A stretch of DNA of 64,000 nucleotides from Octopus sinensis (lineage: Eukaryota), in the NCBI RefSeq assembly GCF_006345805.1, contig NC_043000.1:65906001-65970000 (forward strand). The letters are read 5' to 3'. Within the stretch, counting starts at the first letter, position 1. The number at the start of each line of letters is the position of its first letter. This document shows, piece after piece, positions 24,245 to 36,192 of this stretch. A program made the translations under genes and the position numbers. Under the pieces are notes generated by a model. That model was not told the origin of the DNA, ran no database searches, and worked only from the letters and a program-made list of their open reading frames with translations.

Positions 24245-24535
24245 TGTTGAGTCAAAAGTCTTGCAATATTTTGCTAACCTATTTGCTTTATTCGTCGAGT
24301 TACAACAAAATCAGCAGAGCATTCAAAGTGGAGACCATCAGGTTGCACCGTCTGAAGCCTTCTTTCTGCCAGTTCTTTGGTCCCACACTGATACCAGTTC
24401 TTGTCCTTCGAGGCGAAGAACTCCTTCACTGAAGCTTCCACCTTCTCTTTGTTGATGAGGCATCGCGAGTGCAAGTAGTGAGCCAGGGATCGAAACAAGT
24501 AATAATCCGAGGGAGATATTTTTCCGTAATCCTAA
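24245..24535 (-). pseudogene. mariner transposase C-terminal fragment with TIR remnant
   Basis: ISPSDYYLFRSLAHYL...EKVEASVKEFFASKDKNWYQCGTKELAERR...DGLHFE matches the mariner D,D34D C-terminus. Confidence 0.85.
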
Positions 24536-24894
24536 CGTGCATAAGCAGTGGTTAAGCAAGGGCCTGCTTCGAGAAACTGCTGCCATGCACCACTTTCACT
24601 TAGATATCCCTAAATCATTCGTCACTTATCTTCTCGCCACCGATTTTGTGTCTAACTCCCAGCTGATTGCCAGGCATCGAACAAACCACATCTTTTTTTT
24701 TTATTATACCACTTTTATTTATTAACGTGAATGGTATACTTATTTCAACTTAACAGAAAGTAAATCAGGATTGACAAGTAAATATATACACGACGATCTA
24801 GTTTAAAATTGCTAAATATGGAAATAAAGTAATATCTAAGCATTCAGTTGTTAAAACTATGTTGTAGGAAAGCTTTTTACTGGCAAAATCGTTA

Positions 24895-25072
24895 ACACAT
24901 TGGATAAAATGCTTAGCAGCATTTCCTCCAGATTTACGTTCTGAGTTAAAATTCCGACGAGGTCGACTTTGCTTTTCATCATTTCAGAGCCGATAAATTA
25001 AAAGTACCAGTCGTGCACGATGGTTGGTGTGATCAACTAGCCCCACTCGCCCAAAATTTCAGGCCTTGTGCC
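24895..25072 (+). mobile_element. Nin/Deu-type SINE
   Basis: TTCCGACGAGGTCGACTTTGCTTTTCATC...GCCGATAAATTAAAAGTACCAG...GGCCTTGTGCC. Confidence 0.75.
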
Positions 25073-25140
25073 TGTATGACGTGCGTTCAAAAAACTAATG
25101 CCGCGTGGACAAAATCCTTTAGGTGGGAAGTGACTTTACC

Positions 25141-25317
25141 CTTCTTGCGCATGCATGAAAATTTTTCGCGTCGGTAGGCTGCGTCAGTTCCCGGCTGTTA
25201 TATCTAGAGTGCAGACATGTAGAGCGCGCTTGTCGGATTTTTGTCTGTACTCTAGGTTTAACAGCCGGAAACTGAGGCAGCCTACCAGCGCGAAAATTTT
25301 CGTGTATGCGTAGGAAG
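25141..25317. repeat. GC-richer inverted repeat (about 76-bp arms, 24-bp spacer), probably inside a mariner-like MITE starting near 25076
   Basis: GGTAGGCTGCGTCAGTTCCCGGCTGTTA versus TAACAGCCGGAAACTGAGGCAGCCTACC. Confidence 0.8.
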
Positions 25318-27089
25318 AGTGGGTAGGACTGATTGAGAAGTGTCTTAAACGAATCAGGAACTCCAGACCTTACGTCACTGGAAGGAAAAGGTTCAGCATT
25401 GTGGAGGTGAGTATCAGATGGAAGAGAAAACCAGTAACACGTTAAAGAGTGACAAATTGGTTCTCATACTGATTTTCGTTGGCCAGAGAGTGATAAAATA
25501 AAGGTAGTTGACATGCCACCAGATAAAAAAAAATATCTGCTCACTAATAACGACTGTTTTGCTCGTGATAGAAGAAAAACGAGTATATTACAAGTACACA
25601 ACACAGGCTGCAGAATAAAAACTGGTAGGGAACAGAAAGTGATCTATTGATCCAAACACATGAAGAAAGCATAGAAACAATTCCAGATTGGCTTGCAACT
25701 GTTTGAAGCGGTTGAGGGCAGAAAGCTAAAGTGTCATATATGCAATAAAGATACCCGTCATAAGATGGATAACACTGTAGTATGTTTATAAATTATACAA
25801 ATGAAACATTCTTCCTCGCAGCGAGTTTGTGAGGTTGTTGCGCTTCATAAATCAAGCTGCGCCTCTTAAAAATAGTTTAACAAATATCGTATGCAGCACA
25901 CTTTCATTGGTTGATAATTCAGGAAATTGGCCGGTTCCATTAAGTCTTGATCGAGAGAAAGCGCGAATCAGTGAGACAGAACCGAAAGATTAGGCGACAA
26001 AATTTTAGCAAAAAGTTCTTATCTATCTTTACGTCATTACCGTATGATAAAAAAAAGTGGGAAGCGTCTATATTTATATCTTGTAGCCTAACGCTGAGAC
26101 AAAGTACAGTCGCTAAAATAGGTACGAGATTTTAAAATAAATATTGGGATTGACATAGTTGATAAAAACCGTTCAATGCGGTATCTGAGCATGACCACAA
26201 TACTGTGGCTGAAAAAAGTTTATGTAATCATAACATTACACATATGACACTAAAAGTCATAAAGGGCAGCGTGCAGCCTCAGTAATGGAGATTGGCCATG
26301 ACCGTTTATAAATAAGTCTTGTAAACATTTTAGGATGTAAAATATTTAGGAGAGGTTTATAGAACATGTACTAAAACTAATTTTGGTAAAACTGATGTTT
26401 CTTCACAAACGGTCACAGTAAAAAAAACGAGCGATTACTTAGGGTATTTCAACGTGCATAAGGAACCCTTTTTTGTCAAAATTTAGTTTAAAAAATATGG
26501 GAGTCTCTTATTTATGGATAGTATTATAATCCCTTACAAAACCTTTTTTCCAAATTTTAAGCCCCAAAACTTAGGGGGTTCCTTATACACGTTAAAATAC
26601 GGTAATTAAGAACATACGAAATGAAGTTGTTACGTAGACAGAATGCAAACTTTCTCTAAAATACATCTCAAATACAATGTTGATTTCGTTACTGTCTATT
26701 TTATAGAGATGTAACGATGTTACGACAAAATATTTTAAGTATTAAACGACGAAACCTAAAGCACAATATTTGACATAAAGTAAATACGCTTCTGCAGCAT
26801 GGTCTATTTGATGTTTCTTGGATATATTGAACACAAAATTTTTATTTATTAAAGATAAATTATAATTTTTATTTTCCAAGGCATCAAATAGAAATTATAA
26901 TTTAGCGTGAACACAAATCGGCTCAGTTTAAAACTAGATAGTTTTGTATTTATTTGGATGGGCACTTAATAGTGGTAGAAAGTGATTCTTACAATTTTCA
27001 CTTGACAAATATTTATTCTTTGATTTATCCCTGAAGCAATAGAGGTTAAACGAGGATGGTGCAGGACTGCTGTCTGGGGGTCCAAAATG

Positions 27090-27360
27090 TGACAAAGAAA
27101 CTAAATTAGAAGTATTACGGAGATCTGACGTTGAACAATAAGTTGTACATATTGGAAATGTTTTCGATCTTCAACCTATAACTGTACGAGAAATTTGCAA
27201 TAATGCCGAAAAAAATTAAAGCTTATCTTCAAAGTTTAACACCTTTAGCTGCTACATAATTAAGTAAGAATAGAAGCAACATAATGGAAATGTGGAAATA
27301 CTTGTTAACATATTTATAGAGAGTAGAGATCAGCATGCCGTACAAATGAGAGTTTAAAGT
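27090..27360 (+). pseudogene. Tigger/CENP-B-type HTH N-terminal fragment
   Basis: ETKLEVLRR...LQPITVREICNNAEKIK...RSNIMEMWKYL. Confidence 0.55.
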
Positions 27361-27419
27361 ATATTTGATAACTTAAAGAAAACAGTATTCTAGAAGTAAA
27401 AGCGAAAACACTGTTAGTA

Positions 27420-27800
27420 CACAAGAATTCTCTATGATTATCCCAGAAGACAAACAAATTGCTAAAGCTGGTAACCAAACATGCAATCATCCAGCTGCAG
27501 AACAAGTTGCAGTATTTATGCCGGATGTGAGTTTGGTAGCAGTACAACCACAAAGACTTCTGACACTGCGTAAAAGGTGTGTTCCTAGTGAATCTTTCTT
27601 CCATACAATCGATCGATGCATCCAAATTATGACCCGCTGCAGTTTCCATTGCTATTTCAGGAACATAATTTCCATTTCCTTCACTACTCAGGTTGTTTGG
27701 CTCAAGAATATTACAGTGATATGTATTCCAAGATTGAAGAAGCAAGCTTGCCGTAGATTCGATATAATCAAAAAACAAAAAAGATTCAGGGCAAAAATGT
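27420..27800 (+). pseudogene. Helitron Rep fragment
   Basis: CNHPAAEQVAVFM; in another frame HPNYDPLQFPLLF and QEYYSDMYSKIEEASL*IRYNQK, all conserved RepHel pre-Rep segments. Confidence 0.75.
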
Positions 27801-27960
27801 ATTAAAATGCACCCTGCAATCTCTCCCAAAATGTTCTTCTCCGAAATGTCATGCAGGAGATCCCTAAGTTTCATATTATATACTCTGTCAGTTAAGTCTG
27901 GTCTGTCAGCCGGTGTCTGTCTTGAATAAAATTCGTCTTGCAATTTCTTTCCATTTGAGA
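27800..27960 (-). pseudogene. Helitron Rep fragment, opposite orientation
   Basis: RQTPADRPDLTDRVYNMKLRDLLHDISEKNILGEIAG matches the DRPD(I/L)xxRVFxxKL block that precedes the Rep HUH motif. Confidence 0.8.
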
Positions 27961-28023
27961 TTACAGGTCAAAGTGATGAAAAAATATGCTCTCTTAAAGA
28001 TAGAATGTCTGCACTAAGATATA

Positions 28024-28093
<70 letters not shown>

Positions 28094-28989
28094 TGTGTGT
28101 GTATATGTGTGTGTGTTTATATAGATATGTATGCTTGCATGCGTGTATGTATGTATATATGTTTGTATGCATGCATATATGTATGTATGTATGCATGTAT
28201 GTATGTATGTATGTATGTATGTATGTATGTATGTATGCATGTATGTATGTATGTATGTATGTACGTATGTATGTATGAGTGGCCAGTTTAGTGAGATCTT
28301 CAGTCCACTGGCCTGTAACTGTATATGCATATATGTATGTATGTATGTATATATGTATGTATGTATGTATGTATGCATGCATGCATGTATGTATGTATGT
28401 ATGTATGTATGTATGCATGTATGTATGTATGTATGTATGTATGCATGTATGTATGTATGTATGTATGTATGTATGTATGTATGTATGTATGTATGTACGT
28501 ATGTATGTATGTATGAGTGGCCAGTTTAGTGAGATCTTCAGTCCACTGGCCTGTAACTGTATAATGTTATAAAATTTTTATTTCAGCAGTGGAAAACATG
28601 AAGCATTGATATATATCTACAGATAACAAATCACTCCTCACCTCACTTTGTTATTCAATACATAAATGATAGAATTCATTCAGTCACCCGTAATCGTTGT
28701 ACGTTTAGAAGATCTCAGATTTTACCTTTATACCTTTTTTTTTTTTTTTTTCAGGTTCTTCCCTAGAGAAAAAATTCATCCGTTGATAAGTCAACTGAAA
28801 AAAAATTTTATGCTGTTCATTGATTTATTTCCAGAACACGATATCTGGTCATTGCAAAATTACTAGTATAGGAAGCATAAGTGAAGTGTGTCTAGTTCTG
28901 CATGAATATCCAAATGTCTCATTCACATTCAATCCTCGCAAAGACTCTTTATAGAGAATCTGTCCTTCCTATAATATACAACTACTTTA

Positions 28990-29210
28990 AGGTGGCAAAC
29001 TGGCAGAATTTTTAGCATGCCGGGCAAAATGCTTACCGGCATTTCGTTCGTATTTAAGTTCTGTTTCAAATTCCGCCGAGGTCGATTTTGTTTTTCATAC
29101 TTCTCTATTGATAAAATAAGTATCATTTCAAGACTGCGAGTAATGTAATCGGCATAACCCCACCCACGAACATCCTAGCCTTGTGCGAAAATTTGAATTG
29201 AAATCAATAT
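28990..29210 (+). mobile_element. Nin/Deu-type SINE
   Basis: GGTGGCAAACTGGCAGAAT...AAATTCCGCCGAGGTCGA...GATAAAATAAGTATC. Confidence 0.75.
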
Positions 29211-29455
29211 AAGACTTCTTCAAGTATTTCGAGTAGCTTCAGATTCAGTGATAATAATGATATTTATTTATTAAAAAAAAACCACCGTTGATTGTGTTTT
29301 ATTATCCTAGTATTATCTTTTACTTCCTTCAACCATTGTGCTGCGTTCATGTTGGGGAACTAACTACCTTAAAGGGTTCTGTGAAACAAATTGAAGCAGT
29401 GGTGAGGAAAAGCACGAACACAAAGACACACAGACATAGATAATATGTACATTTA

Positions 29456-29509
<54 letters not shown>

Positions 29510-29810
29510 GTCACGCACACACGTGACCGTCCGGACCATCAGATGTTGCTACACATCGCTGGTCACAATGCGTTCGCATTGTTTTAGCCTTCGAATGACG
29601 CCACCCCGCTGGCTAAGCGAGCAGGCCAACAGAAGAAAGAGTGAGAGAAAGAGTGGTGAAAGAGTACAGCAGGGATCACAACGCCCTGCCGGAGCCTCGT
29701 GGAGCTTTTAGGTGTTTTCGCTCAATACATACACACAACGCCCAGTCTGGGAATCGAAACCACGATCCTACGACCGCAAGTCCGCTGCCCTAACCACTGG
29801 GCACCTCCAC
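29510..29810 (-). mobile_element. tRNA-derived SINE (third family)
   Basis: Minus strand head GTGGAGGTGCCCAGTGGTTAGGGCAGCGGACTTGCGGTCGTAGGATCGTGGTTTCGATTCCC; shares its central part with 51095-51345. Confidence 0.85.
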
Positions 29811-29899
29811 CATATATGTATATAATATTTTATAAATACTGGGTCATCTGGAAAGTTCTGGGTGTCTTTATATATAAACAATTTATATATTTATACATA

Positions 29900-29972
<73 letters not shown>

Positions 29973-30788
29973 CACATACATCTGTATGTGTATGTATGTA
30001 TATATCCATGTATATGTATATCTTGGTGTGTATTTATGAATCTGTATATTTGAGGATATGTACATGTGTGTGAGTATATGTATGTGTGTATATGTGTGTA
30101 TATAATTTTCAGAAATATTTAAACAATATTTTTTAAGAAATAAATAATATAACAATTTTTCTTATAAAAAACTCTATTATCAAACTAGAAACTTAACGAT
30201 TATGATTATGTCAAAACATCGATTATAATGTTAAATATTAATTTTAATTTTTAAGGTAAGAAACCCACCAATAATCTAATATCAGTTATAGTCAATATCT
30301 AATTACATAAATATTTTACAAAAAAAAATGACTATTCATATTATTAAAAATATAATATTTAAATAATATATAAATTATCAATGAAAATATATAAATGTAT
30401 ATAAATATTAGAATTAAGATCTAAAATTATCTCTATAAATAAATATATATGCACAATAATAAAGACCAAATAAATTAATTATTCATATTACTAATAAAAA
30501 TATTAAAATATTAAATATGAAATAGCTAATTTCAAAAATACAAACAAACAATCTTAAACGAACGCTATAGCAAATTACCTATCTTTATATCTCGTTGGCT
30601 AAATAATAACTTTCAAAAATCTTATATTTAAAATACTTAAAGAAATAATCAATTCGTAGTTATATAGTATCAATTAAATACTATAAATATATTTATCAAT
30701 GGGAATAATATAACTACCAATTATCAATTTAAAAAAAAAAACAATATATATGTTATAATAATAATTATAAAAAATTTAAATTTCTATA

Positions 30789-31081
30789 CTGGAGCATCGC
30801 TTTTATTCGAACAAATCGACCCCAGGACTTACATTTTATGAGCCTAGTACTTATTCTATCGGTCTCTTTTGCCGAACCGCTAAGTTACGGGGACGTAAAC
30901 ACACCACCATCGGTTGTCAAGCGATGTTGGGGGTGGACAAACAAAGACACACAAACATATACATACATATATACATATACATATATACGACGGGCTTCTT
31001 TCAGTTTCCGTCTACCACATCCACTCACAAGGCTTTGATCGGCCCAAAGCTATAGTAGAATGAACCCGGAACCATGTGGCT

Positions 31082-31084
<3 letters not shown>
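30789..31084 (-). mobile_element. CORE-type SINE
   Basis: Reverse complement of most of 2428-2828, with internal deletions. Confidence 0.85.
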
Positions 31085-31583
<499 letters not shown>

Positions 31584-32177
31584 TTAAATTAAGCTACCGT
31601 GTGTGGAAGTGAAATATATATATGTATGTGTGGCTGTGTGTGTATGTGGCATTTTGGTTATCGCATTTACAGTCTTAAGTCCATATTAGCAATTTAAACA
31701 ATAAATTTTTTTATACCAACTAATTTAAATAGATAAAAAAGAGTTGTATTGAAGATCTATTTGTTTATATATATATATATATATTGCAGTTACACGTAGG
31801 AGAAGACTTAGATACTTAATTATATACATTTATATAAACATATATATTATTATTGTATGTTGTGATGATAAGAGACTATATTGGACACCAAAAAGTTTCA
31901 ACTGGTATGTGTTTGAGATATAATGAAGTGAATTTCGATGGCTGTGGATTGCACTTACTTGATTGTATCGTCCGTTAAAGTGCTTTTGTTGGGTTTTTTT
32001 TTAATTGTAATTGATGTAAGATTGAATAGGTGACGCTCACGCTCATAACATAGCCATTTGAAATAATTTTTACAATCCAGCCGTCCTTTCACACAGAATT
32101 TCGTCTTTCTGAAACAAGGACCCTGAAGTGACTTATATATAATGGAACTGTGATTGTGTATATCAGAAAATTATATA

Positions 32178-32205
32178 TCTCTATATATATAAAACTGAGA
32201 ATGTG

Positions 32206-32240
<35 letters not shown>

Positions 32241-33490
32241 TTCCCTAAAACTTGAGAACTACACAACCAATTTCATTAAAATTTTACACATGCCTTACTT
32301 AGGATCCATGTAATTTCATGGGCAAAAAAATCTTAAACCGCTTGCCTAGGGCGAGCCCATAGCAATATCATATCTTCTCCACTATTTCAGTATTACGTGT
32401 TAAAAGTGAAACAAAAACATCTCTATTTTATGTCAGATACTTTCACTTTAACAATAAAAGTTAGAGATAATAATAATTGAATTATATGTAGTAAGTAATA
32501 ATTAAAATCAAACTAAAGTATGATATGATAATTAAAATCAAACTAAAGTATAATATAATAATTAGATCGTAACATTGCACCAATGACTTGAACTTGAATC
32601 AGTGGTTTCACATGAATGGGAATAAATAAAAAATAAAATTTAAGTGCAGAAATGGAATAGTCCAGATAGAGGTGTGCACGGCTTTTACATTAGATTATTT
32701 GCTAATTAGCTAGCACTAAGTATCTATATGAAGTATGGCTGTATGTAATGTCTGTTGGTTTATTTCTGATCCATAAAGGCCTATAGCTTCAACAGAGTAC
32801 TGCCTTTTGGTTTACCGTAAGGTTTGTTGTTATTATTATTACTGTTTAACTATTGTTATCACGTTTGTTGGTTCCTCGTAAGGGAAGCGTTGTTGTGTTG
32901 CATTTGTTAAATAATTGTAAACCGTAACCCTCCCCCTTTGGGAGAAGGAGCTTTAGTTATTGTTTAAAAATTGAATTGTGTCCCTGTTTGGGGAAATTGA
33001 CAATACTTTCACCGTTTACACGGAAGCATTTTTGTTAAAATGTCTTCGATAGAAGAAAGTCCAAAAATGAATTTCGCTGCAGCCGTCGGCGGGCGGCGAA
33101 CTCATTAAAATTAAAATGGAAGAAATACAAACCTATTTCGGATTGATCACCGAAAAAAGACGGTGAATCTAGGATAACACCACCAAACGAAATACAAAAT
33201 TAAATTAAAGAAAAGTCTATTGTCTATAAAGTATACAATATAGAGAAAAAATTTTTTAAATGTCTCCCCAGAAGTAGAGGTAGGCTGGATTGTAGCCACA
33301 CTTCTATACAAGAGGGAGGACAAGATACAATTGAGATAAATTGCAAGAGACGGGCCTACAATTCCAGTCTGTTATATATTTTGAGTATTGTTATCACTAG
33401 CGATATCAAGATATAACTTTGTATTTTGTATTTTATGTGTAGATGTATATATATATAGATGTACATGTAATATGTACACATACATATACA
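32178..33490 (+). mobile_element. Non-autonomous Helitron-like element, 5' end evident, 3' end not found
   Basis: A|TCTCTATATATATAAAA start followed by (GTCT)n and ACTACACAACCAATTTC, typical of non-autonomous Helitron 5' regions; right boundary is uncertain. Confidence 0.55.
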
Positions 33491-33550
33491 CATATATACA
33501 TGCACTAGCACTATGACCCGGCAACGAGGGGTCAAAAATACAGACAGGAG

Positions 33551-33970
33551 GCAGATCTAATGCAGCTATAAGTCGTGATTGGGCAGAATCTTGATGACGT
33601 CCCGTTCTGCTTGACTAAGCCACCTAGCGAAACGACTGCTCAAAACAGGATACAGACAAGAAGCAGTTATAATACAACGATAGGTCACGATTGGTCAGAA
33701 TCCTGATTACGTCCCGTTCTGCTTGACTAAGCCACCTAACGAAAAGGGGCAGATCTAATACAGCTATAAGTCGTGATTGGTCAGAATCATGATGACGTAC
33801 CGTCCTGCTTGACTAAGCCACCTAACGAAACGACTGGTCAAAACAGGATACAGACAAGAGGCAGTTATAATACAGCGATAGGTCACGAATGGTCAGAATG
33901 TTGATGGCGTACCGTTCTGCTTGACTAAAGCCACCTAACGAAACGATTGGTCAAAACGTTGATGACGTCA
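33551..33970 (+). repeat. Higher-order ABAB tandem repeat (period 198 bp) rich in GATTGG and TGACGT motifs
   Basis: GCAGATCTAA at 33551 and 33749; four copies of GTTCTGCTTGACTAAGCCACCTA-like blocks. Confidence 0.9.
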
Positions 33971-34085
33971 CGCTACACTGGACTGACCACCTAACAGGCA
34001 TTATAAAACCCGAACAATTCACAAGACTCACTAGAATCACCCAGCGAACATCCACCATGGGTCATCACAATTGCTCAAGGTAAAA
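33940..34085 (+). promoter_or_regulatory. Putative Pol II promoter-like arrangement (CCAAT, CRE, TATA, Kozak ATG, splice donor)
   Basis: GATTGG about 33945, TGACGTCA 33963-33970, TATAAAA 34002-34008, CCACCATGG 34052-34060, AAG|GTAAAA donor at 34080. Confidence 0.35.
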
Positions 34086-34431
34086 ATGAATTCCTCGCTC
34101 TTTCGGGAACATCAATCTCCTGTATTGACTGCTTTCCACCACTTTGATCTGTTTTTTTTTGTATTGAATACGTATCGCCACCGTGGGCCACTGCATCGAA
34201 CACTTTGAACATATAGCATGAATGAACTTACTTCAAACTATATTTGAACTTTAAGATGTCTGACTCCGTTGTGTATTGTAAATGAATTTCTTGTGTTTGA
34301 CGGCATGAGCTGTCTTTTTTTATATATAACGTTTTTTGATAAGGTTCATTTCAGGAACTGAAACATGTTATAATGTATATATAAAAATTAAAAATTGTAT
34401 AATATAGCAGCATTTTCAAACTTCATTTTTT

Positions 34432-34482
<51 letters not shown>

Positions 34483-34732
34483 TCGAAAAATTTCTTGGCA
34501 TTTACGGTTTTTATAATTATCTGTAGGATATTATGTTGTTATATATTATATTCATAGTATTTAATGTAATATTGTAATATAAATAAATTATTGGATTGTC
34601 AATAGAATATCTCTATATTTAATTTATCCTTATTATTGAATTATACCAATATTTATATGGTATCCAACTGAAGTACCAGTGAAATGGAGGATTTCTTTTC
34701 CTCAGTTTGTTACTACTATATATATATATATA

Positions 34733-35344
34733 CTAGCAGCTAAGCCCGGTTTCACCCGGTCGGTTTGGATGATGTGGCTGTAAAACTTGCTCTGTGTAAG
34801 CATTCGACTTGTTTGGGCACGCTTACGTAAAACACAATTTTAGAATGACTTTTTTCTGTCAAACCGCTAAAAGTAACTGACCAACAAAAAAACAACCAAG
34901 ATTCAGCCAAATCAAAAAATAAACCCAAATACTAAGCGAACAAAGATGAACTATCCCACTTCCATTGCGCGCACACGCACACACACAAACACACAGACAC
35001 ATTCACATACCCCCCTTTACATACACACACATATATTCACGCAGAATTGAAACAGTTTTAGTTATTTTTTCAGCGTACAATTTTCCTTATCCACTACCAA
35101 GTAGGGCATCACCCCTTCCTTCCTTATTCATATATTACCCCTTCCTTTCTCATTCATAAACACAAGAGTATTATTATAGTAGATTATCTCGGTAACCATG
35201 GGAGCTATGAGAAAATACAAAGCCCAGCATCACCACCGGATCATTCTACACATCTGTGTAATTTTTCGCGCAATTCCACCCAACCGTTTGACCGTGAATC
35301 CCAAGACAAGAAAGAATCGCCCATGTCAAATTTATATGTATAGA
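34733..35344 (-). mobile_element. Complete non-autonomous Helitron (about 610 bp)
   Basis: Minus strand: A|TCTATACATATAAA...GACCGGGTGAAACCGGGC-TTAGCTG-CTAG|T, giving 5' TC, 3' hairpin plus CTAG and an AT target with no TSD. Confidence 0.8.
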
Positions 35345-35651
35345 TATATATCTTAATCTTTTTGATGCGACTCTACTCTATACTGTTTTCTCCACCATCG
35401 TTTTCTCTCTCATTCTTTTCTCTAATTCCCTTTTTACTGAAGCCGAAAGAAAATTCGCAAACTGTTACTCAGAGTTTCACGTGGCAATTTGTCAGATAGT
35501 TATGATATTACAGAATAATGAAAATTTATTATTCTGTATTATCACAACTGTGTGACGTACTGTCACATGAATTTGGGTCACAGTTTGAAGTTTTTCGGTT
35601 TTAATAAAATAAAATAGTGTGTGTGTGTGGGGGGGCGAGTTTCTGTATATA

Positions 35652-35752
<101 letters not shown>

Positions 35753-36050
35753 TATAAAAGGAATAATTTATAGTTTTAGATTGTCAAAATACCACAGAAA
35801 TATTTCTGGCTATTTTGTTATAAAACATGGAAAACGGGAAAACATCAAAAGAGGAAAATTACATACATACATCCATAAATACTTAAATACTTATAAATAC
35901 ACGCGCATATTTACATACAGATGTACATATTTACATACGCGCACACGTACGCACACATACATACACATATAAACAACACATACAGATACATATCTACGAG
36001 CATGCATGCATATTTACATACATACATACATACGTGCGTACATACATATC

Positions 36051-36084
<34 letters not shown>

Positions 36085-36192
36085 CAATACATGCACACAC
36101 ACATACATATATACATACATACATGCACACACACACATACATACATACATACATACATACATACATACATACGTACATACATACATACATAC

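Larger units (their letters stand above)
33495..34450 (-). mobile_element. Helitron-like element, 3' end at 33495
   Basis: Minus strand hairpin TGACCCCTCGTTGCCGGGTCA, then ATAGTG-CTAG; far boundary is uncertain. Confidence 0.55.

Noticed and set aside
25640-25800. Possible piggyBac cysteine-rich C-terminus (KCHICNKDTRHK)
   Set aside because: Too short and degraded to assign, and no TTAA/TIR was identified.
30170-30790. Extremely AT-rich block
   Set aside because: No periodicity, ORF or terminal structure; may be a decayed repeat or noisy sequence.
33551-33970. Repeat-spacer-like pattern reminiscent of CRISPR
   Set aside because: The intervening sequences are themselves repeated (ABAB), the context is eukaryotic and there are no cas genes.
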